A stretch of DNA of 64,000 nt from Spirochaetia bacterium (GTDB lineage Bacteria > Spirochaetota > Spirochaetia > UBA9216): positions 1,088,001-1,152,000 of the forward strand of contig CAXXYH010000004.1 of NCBI GenBank assembly GCA_963677925.2. Reading direction: 5' to 3'. The notes under the pieces were generated by a model. The model had not been told where the DNA came from. It worked only from the letters and a program-made list of their open reading frames with translations, and did no database searches. The stretch's first letter is position 1. Every line of letters starts with the position of its first letter. Below, one piece after another: positions 42,603 to 51,265 of this stretch. Position numbers and translations under genes: made by a program.

Positions 42603-43379
42603 TCAGATACTCCCGATATTCTTTGCAATTTCCTCTGCGGTTTTAATAGTAGCTTTTTTCAGCTCTTCCGTTTCAAGAGCCCTGTTCAGCTGCGACTCTA
42701 TGCAGCATAGCGAAAGCGCCGCTTTCAGCGGGGCAGAATCAGAACCTATGATAACCGCAATATCCGTAACTCCGGCTGTTAGAGTGCTTTTTCTAACTAT
42801 ATAGCGGTTTTTATTGATCTCGTCTATCAGCTTAAGCTCTTGCAGCTTTGCTTCTTCGGACATGTTCTGATATTCATTTAACTGTTGGAGAATTTGTAAT
42901 CGGTTTTCCGGATTGTACTGGGCCAGGAGAGTTCTGCCTGAGGTTGTAGCCAGAAGCGGATATGTTCTTCCTTCTTCCATCGATACGGAAATCGGTCCCG
43001 GGCTCAGTGTAGGGGCTACAATCATAATCTGATTTTCATGCATGACTGTAATGTGACTGGCCTGATTTGCAAATGCTGAAAGTTTTTTCATCAGCGGTCT
43101 GGCCGCTTCTCTAAGTTTTTCAATAGGTGAGTGGCAGTGCGAGAGGTTGTACAGTTTGAGCGTCATCTGGTAGCAGCCTGTTGCCGAATCCCTGCTTATG
43201 TATCCCCGCTCATCAAGACACATCAGCATTCTGTAGATTTCGTTAGGATTGCGGTTTGTGCCCTTTGCTATATCGGTCTGTGTAAGGGGTTCGGCTGATG
43301 ACGCCAGGAACTCAAGGATTTCCAGGCCCTTCTCAAGGGCGGGAGCGCTGTACTTCATCTTCTTATCATCTGTACTCAT
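42603..43379 (-). CDS. IclR-family transcriptional regulator
   Basis: APALEKGLEILEFLA HTH; TTSGRTLLA effector domain. Confidence 0.92.
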   Translation of the reverse strand: MSTDDKKMKYSAPALEKGLEILEFLASSAEPLTQTDIAKGTNRNPNEIYRMLMCLDERGYISRDSATGCYQMTLKLYNLSHCHSPIEKLREAARPLMKKLSAFANQASHITVMHENQIMIVAPTLSPGPISVSMEEGRTYPLLATTSGRTLLAQYNPENRLQILQQLNEYQNMSEEAKLQELKLIDEINKNRYIVRKSTLTAGVTDIAVIIGSDSAPLKAALSLCCIESQLNRALETEELKKATIKTAEEIAKNIGSI

Positions 43380-43467
43380 GCTTCATGATATCCGGTTACT
43401 GCAATATTGAAAATAGCTGATTGACAGGAATCAAATTAGAAGTCAATATTTGTAAATAAAAATATTA

Positions 43468-43479
43468 TTCATATATGAA
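43468..43479. promoter_or_regulatory. candidate IclR operator palindrome
   Basis: perfect palindrome TTCATATATGAA between the divergent regulator and operon. Confidence 0.5.
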
Positions 43480-43505
43480 ATATGTATAATTACCCAGGAG
43501 CTGCT

Positions 43506-44546
43506 ATGAAAGCATTCAGAATATTTGAACCGGGGATAACAGGCATTACTGAAGAGCCTGAAATTGATATAATTGAAGATGATGAAGTTCTTCTGAGGCT
43601 GGTTAAGGTCGGGTTCTGCGGAAGCGATTTGAGCACCTTCAGGGGGCTGAACCCTAATGTAAGTTATCCGCGAATTCCCGGGCATGAGATAGCCGCAGTG
43701 GTCATCAGGAAAGGGAAGGATGTGCCGGACTCAATAACCGGTGGGCAGCGGGTTTCTGTTCTTCCATACACAAGCTGCGGAAAGTGTTCATCCTGCCTGT
43801 GCGGCCGGACTAATGCCTGTAAAGACAATCAGACCCTCGGCGTCCAGCGTGAGGGAGCTATGACAGAGTACATCACCGCCCCGTATACAAAATTGATAAC
43901 TGGTGTGGATGAACTGAGTTTTTCAGATATCGCACTTATTGAACCCCTGTCGGTCGGTTTTCATGCGGCCAGGCGGGCAGAAGTAAGCTCCGGTGAATAT
44001 GTCCTGGTTTTCGGCTGCGGCCTTGTCGGTCTGGGCGTAATTTCCAGAGCTGCAGGTGCGGGAGGCCGGGTAATAGCAGTCGATATTGATGATGACAAGC
44101 TGAAGCTGGCTGAAGCGATGGGTGCATCCTATGTGATCAACAGCAGAACTGAAAAACTTATAGGACGGGTTTCGGCCATAACAGGCGGGCATGGACCTGC
44201 CGCTGTTATTGAAGCCATTGGACTTAATGAAACCTATCTTGCATCTATAGAACTCGCTGCATACTGCGGGAGAGTCGTCTATGTGGGATATGCGAAGATG
44301 CCGATTGAATATGACACAAAGCAGTTTATACTCAAGGAGCTTCAGATTCGGGGCTCACGAAATGCCGAACGTAAAGATTTTGAGGATGTCCTTTCATATA
44401 TTGCCGATGGAAAGATTCCGGTAAATAAACTGGTTTCAGATGATGTTACAATGGAACAGGCTGGAAAAGCCCTGGTAGACTGGTCTGCGGATCCCGGGTC
44501 TGTTTCAAAGATCCTGGTAACAATAGCCGATGAGAAAAGCATTTGA
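43506..44546 (+). CDS. zinc-dependent dehydrogenase, L-galactonate 5-dehydrogenase-like
   Basis: CGSD, GHE, CGKCSSC, GCGLVG, KELQIRGSRNA; upstream of uxaB-uxaA. Confidence 0.8.
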   Translation: MKAFRIFEPGITGITEEPEIDIIEDDEVLLRLVKVGFCGSDLSTFRGLNPNVSYPRIPGHEIAAVVIRKGKDVPDSITGGQRVSVLPYTSCGKCSSCLCGRTNACKDNQTLGVQREGAMTEYITAPYTKLITGVDELSFSDIALIEPLSVGFHAARRAEVSSGEYVLVFGCGLVGLGVISRAAGAGGRVIAVDIDDDKLKLAEAMGASYVINSRTEKLIGRVSAITGGHGPAAVIEAIGLNETYLASIELAAYCGRVVYVGYAKMPIEYDTKQFILKELQIRGSRNAERKDFEDVLSYIADGKIPVNKLVSDDVTMEQAGKALVDWSADPGSVSKILVTIADEKSI

Positions 44547-46035
44547 GGTTATACAAATGGATTTCCTGAACAGAAAAGATCTGAATATATCACAGCATCC
44601 AGAGAGGATTCTTCAGTTCGGCGAGGGTAATTTCCTGCGCTGCTTTTTCGACTGGCAGATAGATATCCTCAACGAGAAGTGCGGACTTGATGCCGGGGTT
44701 CTTGTAGTAAAGCCCCGGAATACTCCGCGTCCGCTTGATCTGAACAGCCAGGACGGACTCTATACATCCATTATCAGGGGATATGATGATGAGGGTTTGC
44801 TTCGCAATGAAAAGCGTCTTATTACCTGTATAAACCGGGAGATTTCAGTCTACAGTCAGTTTGATGAATATCTTGCAGCAGCGGCCAATCCAAAGCTTCG
44901 CTTTATCATTTCAAATACCACCGAGGCTGGAATTGTTTTCAATCCTGATGACAAATATGAGGACCGGCCCCAGTCTTCTTTTCCGGCAAAACTTACAAGG
45001 TTTCTGCATCAGCGGTATCTTGATTTCAAAGGTTCCGCAGGGTCGGGACTTATCCTGATACCCTGTGAACTGATTGATTATAACGGAGAAGCGCTTAAGG
45101 AAATTGTGCTTAAATATGCCGGTATATGGGAATTAGAAAAAGGATTCACAAACTGGCTTTTAAGCTCAAATACATTCTGTTCGACTCTCGTAGACCGTAT
45201 TGTAACAGGATATCCGGATGACGAGGTTCAGGTACTCACGGATGAGCTTGGATATAAAGATAATTTCATAACGGCCGGCGAATATTTTCATCTTTTTGTT
45301 ATACAGGGGCCGGCAGAGGTCCAGGAAGCACTTAAACTTTCAGGCAGCGGACTTGATGTAAGGTTTGCGGATGATTTAAAGCCTTATAAACAGAGAAAGG
45401 TTGGAATTCTAAACGGATGTCATACTGCCCTGGTTCCGGTTGCCTGGCTTTGCGGCTTTGAGACCGTAGGGGCCGCGGTTGCAGACAGCAGACTTTCAGA
45501 GTTTTTAAGCCGCCTTCTTGAAGCTGAAATCATCCCCGGACTCGTCTCTCCGGTTGCAGGACTGACTGAAGCGGAGCTGATGCAATACGCGGAGAGTGTG
45601 ATTGCCAGATTCAAAAACCCGTTTATAAACCATCAGCTTCTATCCATTTCACTTAATTCAATGACCAAGTTCAAGACGAGGCTTTTACCGCAGTTTCTTG
45701 AATACAACCTTACGAACGGCAAGCTTCCGCCTCTTATCTCCCTGTCTCTTGCTGCACTTGCCGTGTTTTACAGGGGAGAACTTGACGAAAGGACATGGCC
45801 GGTAAGCGATGATGAGGAGTTTATTGAGCTTTTCAGCCGCCTATGGAAGGATGGTGCTCAGCCGAATGAAGATCCCTCACTCAGGGCGGCTTCTGTTGCT
45901 TCCGGTATACTTGGACTCGATGCACACTGGGGGGTATCTCTAGGAAGCATGGCCGGACTGCAGGAAAAGTTGACTGAGAATATACTGAGCATATTGCGCA
46001 ATGGAATGCGGGAAACCCTGGAGGCCTGCCTGTGA
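44530..46035 (+). CDS. uxaB: tagaturonate reductase (altronate oxidoreductase)
   Basis: QFGEGNFLR, SNTTEAGI, PCELIDYNG, TLVDRIVTG, ILNGCHT, RFKNPFINH. Confidence 0.93.
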   Translation: MRKAFEVIQMDFLNRKDLNISQHPERILQFGEGNFLRCFFDWQIDILNEKCGLDAGVLVVKPRNTPRPLDLNSQDGLYTSIIRGYDDEGLLRNEKRLITCINREISVYSQFDEYLAAAANPKLRFIISNTTEAGIVFNPDDKYEDRPQSSFPAKLTRFLHQRYLDFKGSAGSGLILIPCELIDYNGEALKEIVLKYAGIWELEKGFTNWLLSSNTFCSTLVDRIVTGYPDDEVQVLTDELGYKDNFITAGEYFHLFVIQGPAEVQEALKLSGSGLDVRFADDLKPYKQRKVGILNGCHTALVPVAWLCGFETVGAAVADSRLSEFLSRLLEAEIIPGLVSPVAGLTEAELMQYAESVIARFKNPFINHQLLSISLNSMTKFKTRLLPQFLEYNLTNGKLPPLISLSLAALAVFYRGELDERTWPVSDDEEFIELFSRLWKDGAQPNEDPSLRAASVASGILGLDAHWGVSLGSMAGLQEKLTENILSILRNGMRETLEACL

Positions 46036-47510
46036 AAAAGGAGCTGTTCATCCTTGATAAATCCGACAATGTCGGGGTAACCTTCACAGCTCTGCAGTCG
46101 AGGCAGGAGTCTTCAGCCATAATCCCTGCAGGACATAAAGTTGCTTTATGTGACATTCCCGCCGGCGCCGCCGTAATAAAGTACGGGGCAGTTATAGGCT
46201 ATGCGACTGTCGATATATATGAAGGCGGCCACGTTCATATCCATAACCTGAAAACCGGACTGTCCGACAAATCAGTCTATGAAAAACATGACTACCGTCA
46301 GCCCGACGCAGCCCTTCCCGTATCAGGCCGTCCGCTCATGCTTTACCGACGCGGCAAGACGAAATGTGGAATACGAAATGAGCTCTGGGTTGTTCCGACA
46401 GTCGGCTGTGTCAACGGAACTGCCGCCAGTATTGTCCGCAGGTTTATTGACCGGTACAATGAAAACGGGCTGCCGGGAATTGACGGGGTTTTCAGCTTCC
46501 CCCATCCCTATGGCTGTTCCCAGCTTGGTGATGATCATACCCGTACCAGAACACTGCTTCAAAACCTGGTTCTGCACCCTAATGCGGGAGGAGTTATTGT
46601 GCTGGGGCTCGGCTGTGAGAATAACCAGATAAAAACTTTCAGGGAAACCCTGCCGGATGATGCCGATTTTGAGCGGCTTGAGTTTCTTGAATCACAGTCG
46701 GTGGAGGATGAGATTGAGGCCGGAGTTGAAGCGCTCAGCCGCCTGTATGAGAAGGCCAAAGATGATAAAAGAACCCAAGGGCAATGGTCTGATCTTGTCA
46801 TCGGTCTTGAATGCGGGGGGTCGGATGCACTCTCGGGAATTACGGCTAACCCCTTAATCGGAAGAGTCAGTGACAGGATTATTGCCTCCGGCGGCAGCAC
46901 TGTACTCACCGAAGTTCCGGAGATGTTCGGAGCTGAAAATGTACTGTTAAAACAGTGTCCTGATGATGAACTGTTCAGCCGTACTGCAGAAATGATAAAT
47001 CAGTGGAAGACTTATTATACCGCGCACAATCTGCCTGTTTATGAAAACCCCTCTCCGGGCAATAAAGCCGGCGGAATTACCACGCTTGAAGAGAAATCGC
47101 TTGGATGCATCAGAAAAGCGGGAAGTTCTGCAATAGTGGATGTAGCAGGAATGGAGGAACGGATTTCAAGGCAGGGACTTAATCTTCTGCATGCTCCGGG
47201 GAATGACATAGTTGCAACCACCCTGCTCGGCACCGCGGGCTGCCAGCTTGTGCTTTTTTCAACAGGAAGAGGAACTCCGCTTGGCGGGTTTATTCCCACC
47301 CTCAAGATTTCAAGCAGCACTGAGCTATATGGGCGTAAAAAACACTGGATAGATTTTAATGCCGGCATAATTGCCGAAGGAATCCCCGCCGAAAAGGCTG
47401 CAGAACTCCTGCTTGACCGGCTGGCTGCAGTTGTAAACGGAGAAGAAACAGCCGCCGAGCAAAACGGAATCAGGGAAATTGCACTGTTCAAAGACGGCGT
47501 TACTCTTTAA
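46032..47510 (+). CDS. uxaA: altronate dehydratase
   Basis: SAF domain GHKVA..IKYG; PTVGCVN, HPYGCSQLG, CGGSD, NPSPGNKAGG. Confidence 0.93.
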   Translation: MKKELFILDKSDNVGVTFTALQSRQESSAIIPAGHKVALCDIPAGAAVIKYGAVIGYATVDIYEGGHVHIHNLKTGLSDKSVYEKHDYRQPDAALPVSGRPLMLYRRGKTKCGIRNELWVVPTVGCVNGTAASIVRRFIDRYNENGLPGIDGVFSFPHPYGCSQLGDDHTRTRTLLQNLVLHPNAGGVIVLGLGCENNQIKTFRETLPDDADFERLEFLESQSVEDEIEAGVEALSRLYEKAKDDKRTQGQWSDLVIGLECGGSDALSGITANPLIGRVSDRIIASGGSTVLTEVPEMFGAENVLLKQCPDDELFSRTAEMINQWKTYYTAHNLPVYENPSPGNKAGGITTLEEKSLGCIRKAGSSAIVDVAGMEERISRQGLNLLHAPGNDIVATTLLGTAGCQLVLFSTGRGTPLGGFIPTLKISSSTELYGRKKHWIDFNAGIIAEGIPAEKAAELLLDRLAAVVNGEETAAEQNGIREIALFKDGVTL

Positions 47511-47577
47511 CGCAGAAGTAACACAGCAGCCCGCCCCCCGCGTTGACAATATATGAAAATACGAATACCCTCATATC

Positions 47578-48159
47578 ATGAATCTTCCAACTAAAATAAC
47601 CGTTTTCAGAATCATATTAGCGCCGGTATTTATCATTATCTACATGCTCCCCGAACAGACCGGCAGTTTCATGGGATTATCGGTTGCAATTATGCTTCCG
47701 CTGTTTGTCCTCATGGAGATATCCGATGCTCTGGACGGACACATCGCCAGAAAATACAACATGGTTACAGATCTCGGCAAGATCCTCGACCCGTTTTCGG
47801 ACGTAATAAGCCGGGTAACCTTCTTTATATGCTTTACCTTTACCGGAATCATGCCCCTCTGGGCCTTTGTAATTATCATCTACCGTGAGCTCGGAATCAC
47901 ATTCCTTCGTATGATGATGATGGGCAAGGGAACTGCAATGGCGGCAAGCATCTGGGGCAAGGCCAAGGCAATCACCTATACAATAGCCGGTATAGCAGGA
48001 CTTCTTGTTACATCGTTCAACAGGCTTGAATACTATCCCGACTGGATGCCTCTGTTCGGAACTGTAACCTATATACTTTTTGCGCTGGCAGCTATCTCCT
48101 CAGCTCTTTCTTTTCTTACCTATTTTGCAAGTGCCCGGAAAGTCCTGAAGGGCAGCTGA
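47578..48159 (+). CDS. pgsA: CDP-diacylglycerol--glycerol-3-phosphate 3-phosphatidyltransferase
   Basis: DALDGHIARKYNMVTDLGKILDPFSD CDP-alcohol phosphotransferase motif. Confidence 0.9.
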   Translation: MNLPTKITVFRIILAPVFIIIYMLPEQTGSFMGLSVAIMLPLFVLMEISDALDGHIARKYNMVTDLGKILDPFSDVISRVTFFICFTFTGIMPLWAFVIIIYRELGITFLRMMMMGKGTAMAASIWGKAKAITYTIAGIAGLLVTSFNRLEYYPDWMPLFGTVTYILFALAAISSALSFLTYFASARKVLKGS

Positions 48160-48276
48160 AGCACAAGGGCTGAACAGCTGCAGAGCAGCAGCCGTCCAGT
48201 CCGGAACACTGAACCCGCAGCCCTGCATCGCTGCGGGGAGCTGGGTACAAATCCCTGCACAAGGAAATGCATCAAA

Positions 48277-49065
48277 GTGAAAAATGTAAAAGAGTTTCTT
48301 TCAGACTGCCCTCAAAAGATAAAGTATGTACTTACCGATATCGATGATACCCTGACAGAGGAAGGAAAACTTGGCGCAGATGCATATTCAGCCCTGTGGA
48401 GGCTGCATGATGCGGGCTTTACAGTGATCCCTGTAACCGGACGTCCGGCAGGCTGGTGCGATATGATAATCCGCCAGTGGCCTGTTGATGCAGTAATAGG
48501 TGAGAACGGCGCCTTTGTCTACTATTTTGAAGACCATCAGCTTAAGACCTACACACACCCCTCAGTTGCTGATACCGATGTGAGAAAGAAGCTTGATGAT
48601 GTATACGATGCAGTAAAGACTGAAATTCCCCTGGTCCGGAAGGCAAAAGATCAGTTTGCAAGAATCTATGATCTTGCAATTGATTTCAACGAGGATCCTC
48701 CGCGGCTCGGCTATGAAGCGGCCGGACGGATTAAGGATATATGTGAGGCCCAGGGCGCGATAGCCAAGGTCAGCTCGATTCATGTAAACACCTGGTTCGG
48801 TGATTATTCAAAGATAGGAATGGCAGAGCTCTTTATGAAATACCGCTACGGCCTTGATTCTGATGCTTTTAAACAATCCTCCGTCTTCTGCGGTGACTCT
48901 CCCAACGATGAGCCTATGTTCAACTTCCTGCCTTACTCCTTCGCCGTAGCCAATATCCGCGACTTTGATGATATGCTCGTCCACCGTCCTGCCTACATCG
49001 CAGACTCAAGAGGAGGAAGCGGCTTTGTAGAAATTTCTGATGTGCTTATAAACAGCATCAGCTGA
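48277..49065 (+). CDS. HAD-IIB family hydrolase
   Basis: DIDDT, TGRP, GDSPND. Confidence 0.9.
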   Translation: MKNVKEFLSDCPQKIKYVLTDIDDTLTEEGKLGADAYSALWRLHDAGFTVIPVTGRPAGWCDMIIRQWPVDAVIGENGAFVYYFEDHQLKTYTHPSVADTDVRKKLDDVYDAVKTEIPLVRKAKDQFARIYDLAIDFNEDPPRLGYEAAGRIKDICEAQGAIAKVSSIHVNTWFGDYSKIGMAELFMKYRYGLDSDAFKQSSVFCGDSPNDEPMFNFLPYSFAVANIRDFDDMLVHRPAYIADSRGGSGFVEISDVLINSIS

Positions 49066-49067
49066 CT

Positions 49068-50000
49068 GTGACGGGAGGATATGAAGTGGATGAGATAATC
49101 AGATGGCTTCTTGAAGGCGATGCCTCGATCGCGTATCAGACCTGCCGTGACCTTCTTGATACAGACAGACCTGAACTTCAGATAAAAGCCGCTGGCGAGG
49201 GGTGGGGTAAAATTCTTCTTGATGCACAGCGTCCCGACGGTCACTGGGGCCTGAAGTTCTATCAGCCCAAATGGACATCTACCCACTATACGCTGCTGGA
49301 TTTACGCAACCTGTGCATTCCTGCTGAAACTCCAGCAGTGCAGGAAACTGTTGAAATGCTTCTGGAGCAGGAGAAGGGTGTGGATGGAGGAATAAATCCG
49401 CCCGGATCTGTAAAACAGAGTGACGTCTGTTTAAACGGAATGTTTCTGAATTATGCCTGCTATTTTAATGCTGATCCTGAAAAGCTTGTATCAGTAATTG
49501 ATTATATGCTTGATCAGAGACTTCCAGACGGCGGATATAACTGTCAGTTTAACCGCAAAGGTGCTGTTCACAGCTCACTGCATTCCAGTCTTTCCGTAGC
49601 CGAAGGCTTCACCGAATACCTGAAAAACGGCTACTCCTACCGAGCCGATGAAATCAAAAGCTCTCTCGGCGGGATTCGTGATTTTATCTTTCGGCACAGA
49701 CTGTTCCGTTCAGATCGAACCGGTGAAATAATTAAGAAAGATTTCCTCCGTTTTCCGTATCCGCCGAGATGGCGTTATGACATTCTGCGGGCAATGGATT
49801 ATTTCAGGTATTCGGAAACGCTTTACGCCCCGGCTATGGATGAAGCAATAGCTATAATCAAAAGCAAGCAAAAACCTCCCGGTCACTGGAACGCCCAGGC
49901 CTCCCTGCCGGGGCAGGTTCACATTCATTTTGAACAGGCTGGCACCCCCGGCAGGTGGAATACGCTGCGGGCTCTTCGTCTACTTAAATTTTATTGCTGA
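49068..50000 (+). CDS. prenyltransferase/squalene-cyclase-fold hypothetical protein
   Basis: QRPDGHW and QRLPDGGYNC repeats; WRYDILRA; RWNTLRAL. Confidence 0.7.
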   Translation: MTGGYEVDEIIRWLLEGDASIAYQTCRDLLDTDRPELQIKAAGEGWGKILLDAQRPDGHWGLKFYQPKWTSTHYTLLDLRNLCIPAETPAVQETVEMLLEQEKGVDGGINPPGSVKQSDVCLNGMFLNYACYFNADPEKLVSVIDYMLDQRLPDGGYNCQFNRKGAVHSSLHSSLSVAEGFTEYLKNGYSYRADEIKSSLGGIRDFIFRHRLFRSDRTGEIIKKDFLRFPYPPRWRYDILRAMDYFRYSETLYAPAMDEAIAIIKSKQKPPGHWNAQASLPGQVHIHFEQAGTPGRWNTLRALRLLKFYC

Positions 50001-50042
50001 TTCGTCACAGGTCTGCTAATATAAAATAAAACGGATAAAGTA

Positions 50043-51116
50043 TTGGCAGTTGAAATCGTTTATGAAGAAAATAATAAAATTGGTATAATTTTCCCTTTTG
50101 ATGCCCAGATTCTGGATATTGTACGCACAATACCCGGAAGACAATGGCAGCCCGCAAATAAAAAATGGACATTTCCGGATACTGATGCAAATATGCAGCA
50201 TTTTCTCTTATCATTATATAAAACCGGCAGGTTTAATGTGGATGAGAAGGCTCTCGAAAATCAGGAACCGTCTCATAGCCGCTATTTGGAAAAAATGCTT
50301 CAGTATCTAAAGCTTAGAGACTATAGTCCTCATACTATTGAAACGTATAAGATGCAGCTCAAGTGGTTCTTTGATAGAACAGAACTTTCTCCTTCAGAAG
50401 TCACGACCGAGGATATCAAATTATATCTGGAGAAAATGCGGACACTGGCGGGGTGTTCAAGAACATACTTTGTACAATGTGTGAGCGCCCTGAAAAGCTT
50501 CTATAAGTATGGTTATCCCGGCGGTCTGTTTAATCCTGCAGCATCGATTCCCATGCCGAAAAAAGAAAAGAAGTATCCGGATATTCTATCCAGGGAAGAA
50601 GTGAAGAAGATAATAACATCTCCGTCGAATATTAAGCACCGATTGCTATTATCATTAATATACTCTGCAGGTCTCCGAGTAAGCGAAGCCGTTATAATAC
50701 AGTTGCAGGATATTGATACCGATAGGAAAGTAATTCATATCAGGCAGGCAAAAGGACGAAAAGATAGATATGTAATGCTTTCAACTGAGATTATTAATAT
50801 GATTAATCAATACAGATCCAAAGTGATGGTGCATACATGGCTTTTTCCTGGCAGTGCAGGTGCGGATACCCATCTTGCTACAAGATCTGCACAGAATGCC
50901 TTTTATAAAGCTATAGAAGCAACAGGTATCGAAAAAAATGTAAGTATACATTCTTTAAGACATGCCTTTGCCACTCATCTGTTGGAAAACGGTACAGACC
51001 TGAGATATATTCAGGAGCTCTTAGGTCACCGTGATCCAAAAACAACACAGATTTATACACATGTAAGTACTAAAGACCTAAAAAATATAAATAGTCCACT
51101 GGACGGGTTATTATGA
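50043..51116 (+). CDS. tyrosine recombinase associated with the cassette array (HARP-like + SAM-like + catalytic domains)
   Basis: GLRVSE, AKGRKDR, HSLRH, LGH, IYTH catalytic residues intact; LRDYSPHTIETY SAM-like domain; directly upstream of the first cassette. Confidence 0.93.
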   Translation: MAVEIVYEENNKIGIIFPFDAQILDIVRTIPGRQWQPANKKWTFPDTDANMQHFLLSLYKTGRFNVDEKALENQEPSHSRYLEKMLQYLKLRDYSPHTIETYKMQLKWFFDRTELSPSEVTTEDIKLYLEKMRTLAGCSRTYFVQCVSALKSFYKYGYPGGLFNPAASIPMPKKEKKYPDILSREEVKKIITSPSNIKHRLLLSLIYSAGLRVSEAVIIQLQDIDTDRKVIHIRQAKGRKDRYVMLSTEIINMINQYRSKVMVHTWLFPGSAGADTHLATRSAQNAFYKAIEATGIEKNVSIHSLRHAFATHLLENGTDLRYIQELLGHRDPKTTQIYTHVSTKDLKNINSPLDGLL

Positions 51117-51190
51117 ATAACAGGTTTATAAGGATTTAAGCTGGAGGGTTATATGAATGATATACCAGTTTATAATTCTGAGTTTATATG
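51117..51190 (+). other. candidate primary integration (attI-equivalent) site
   Basis: between the recombinase stop and the cassette 1 start (TTATATGC at 51184); TATAA-TTCTGAGT-TTATA core and a GGGTTATATGA box complementary to TCATATAACCC of the long attC-like sites. Confidence 0.45.
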
Positions 51191-51265
51191 CAATGGACCC
51201 GACAAGAGGAAGACGCCCGGACCTCCGGCCGACGGGCGAAGAGACATAAAGGTGGGGGATTTTTT

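Noticed and set aside
48160-48260. GC-rich intergenic segment with a CCCGCAGC...GCTGCGGG hairpin
   Set aside because: Single hairpin without a U-tail or second copy in the window; insufficient support for a call
50043-51116. Housekeeping XerC/XerD or prophage integrase
   Set aside because: Extra N-terminal domain, direct adjacency to a cassette array and no phage genes; a housekeeping role cannot be formally excluded without phylogeny
51188-51265. N-terminal extension of the cassette 1 ORF (MQWTRQEEDARTSGRRAK)
   Set aside because: It is the translation of the terminal repeat and conserved 5' hairpin; an RBS supports ATG 51266
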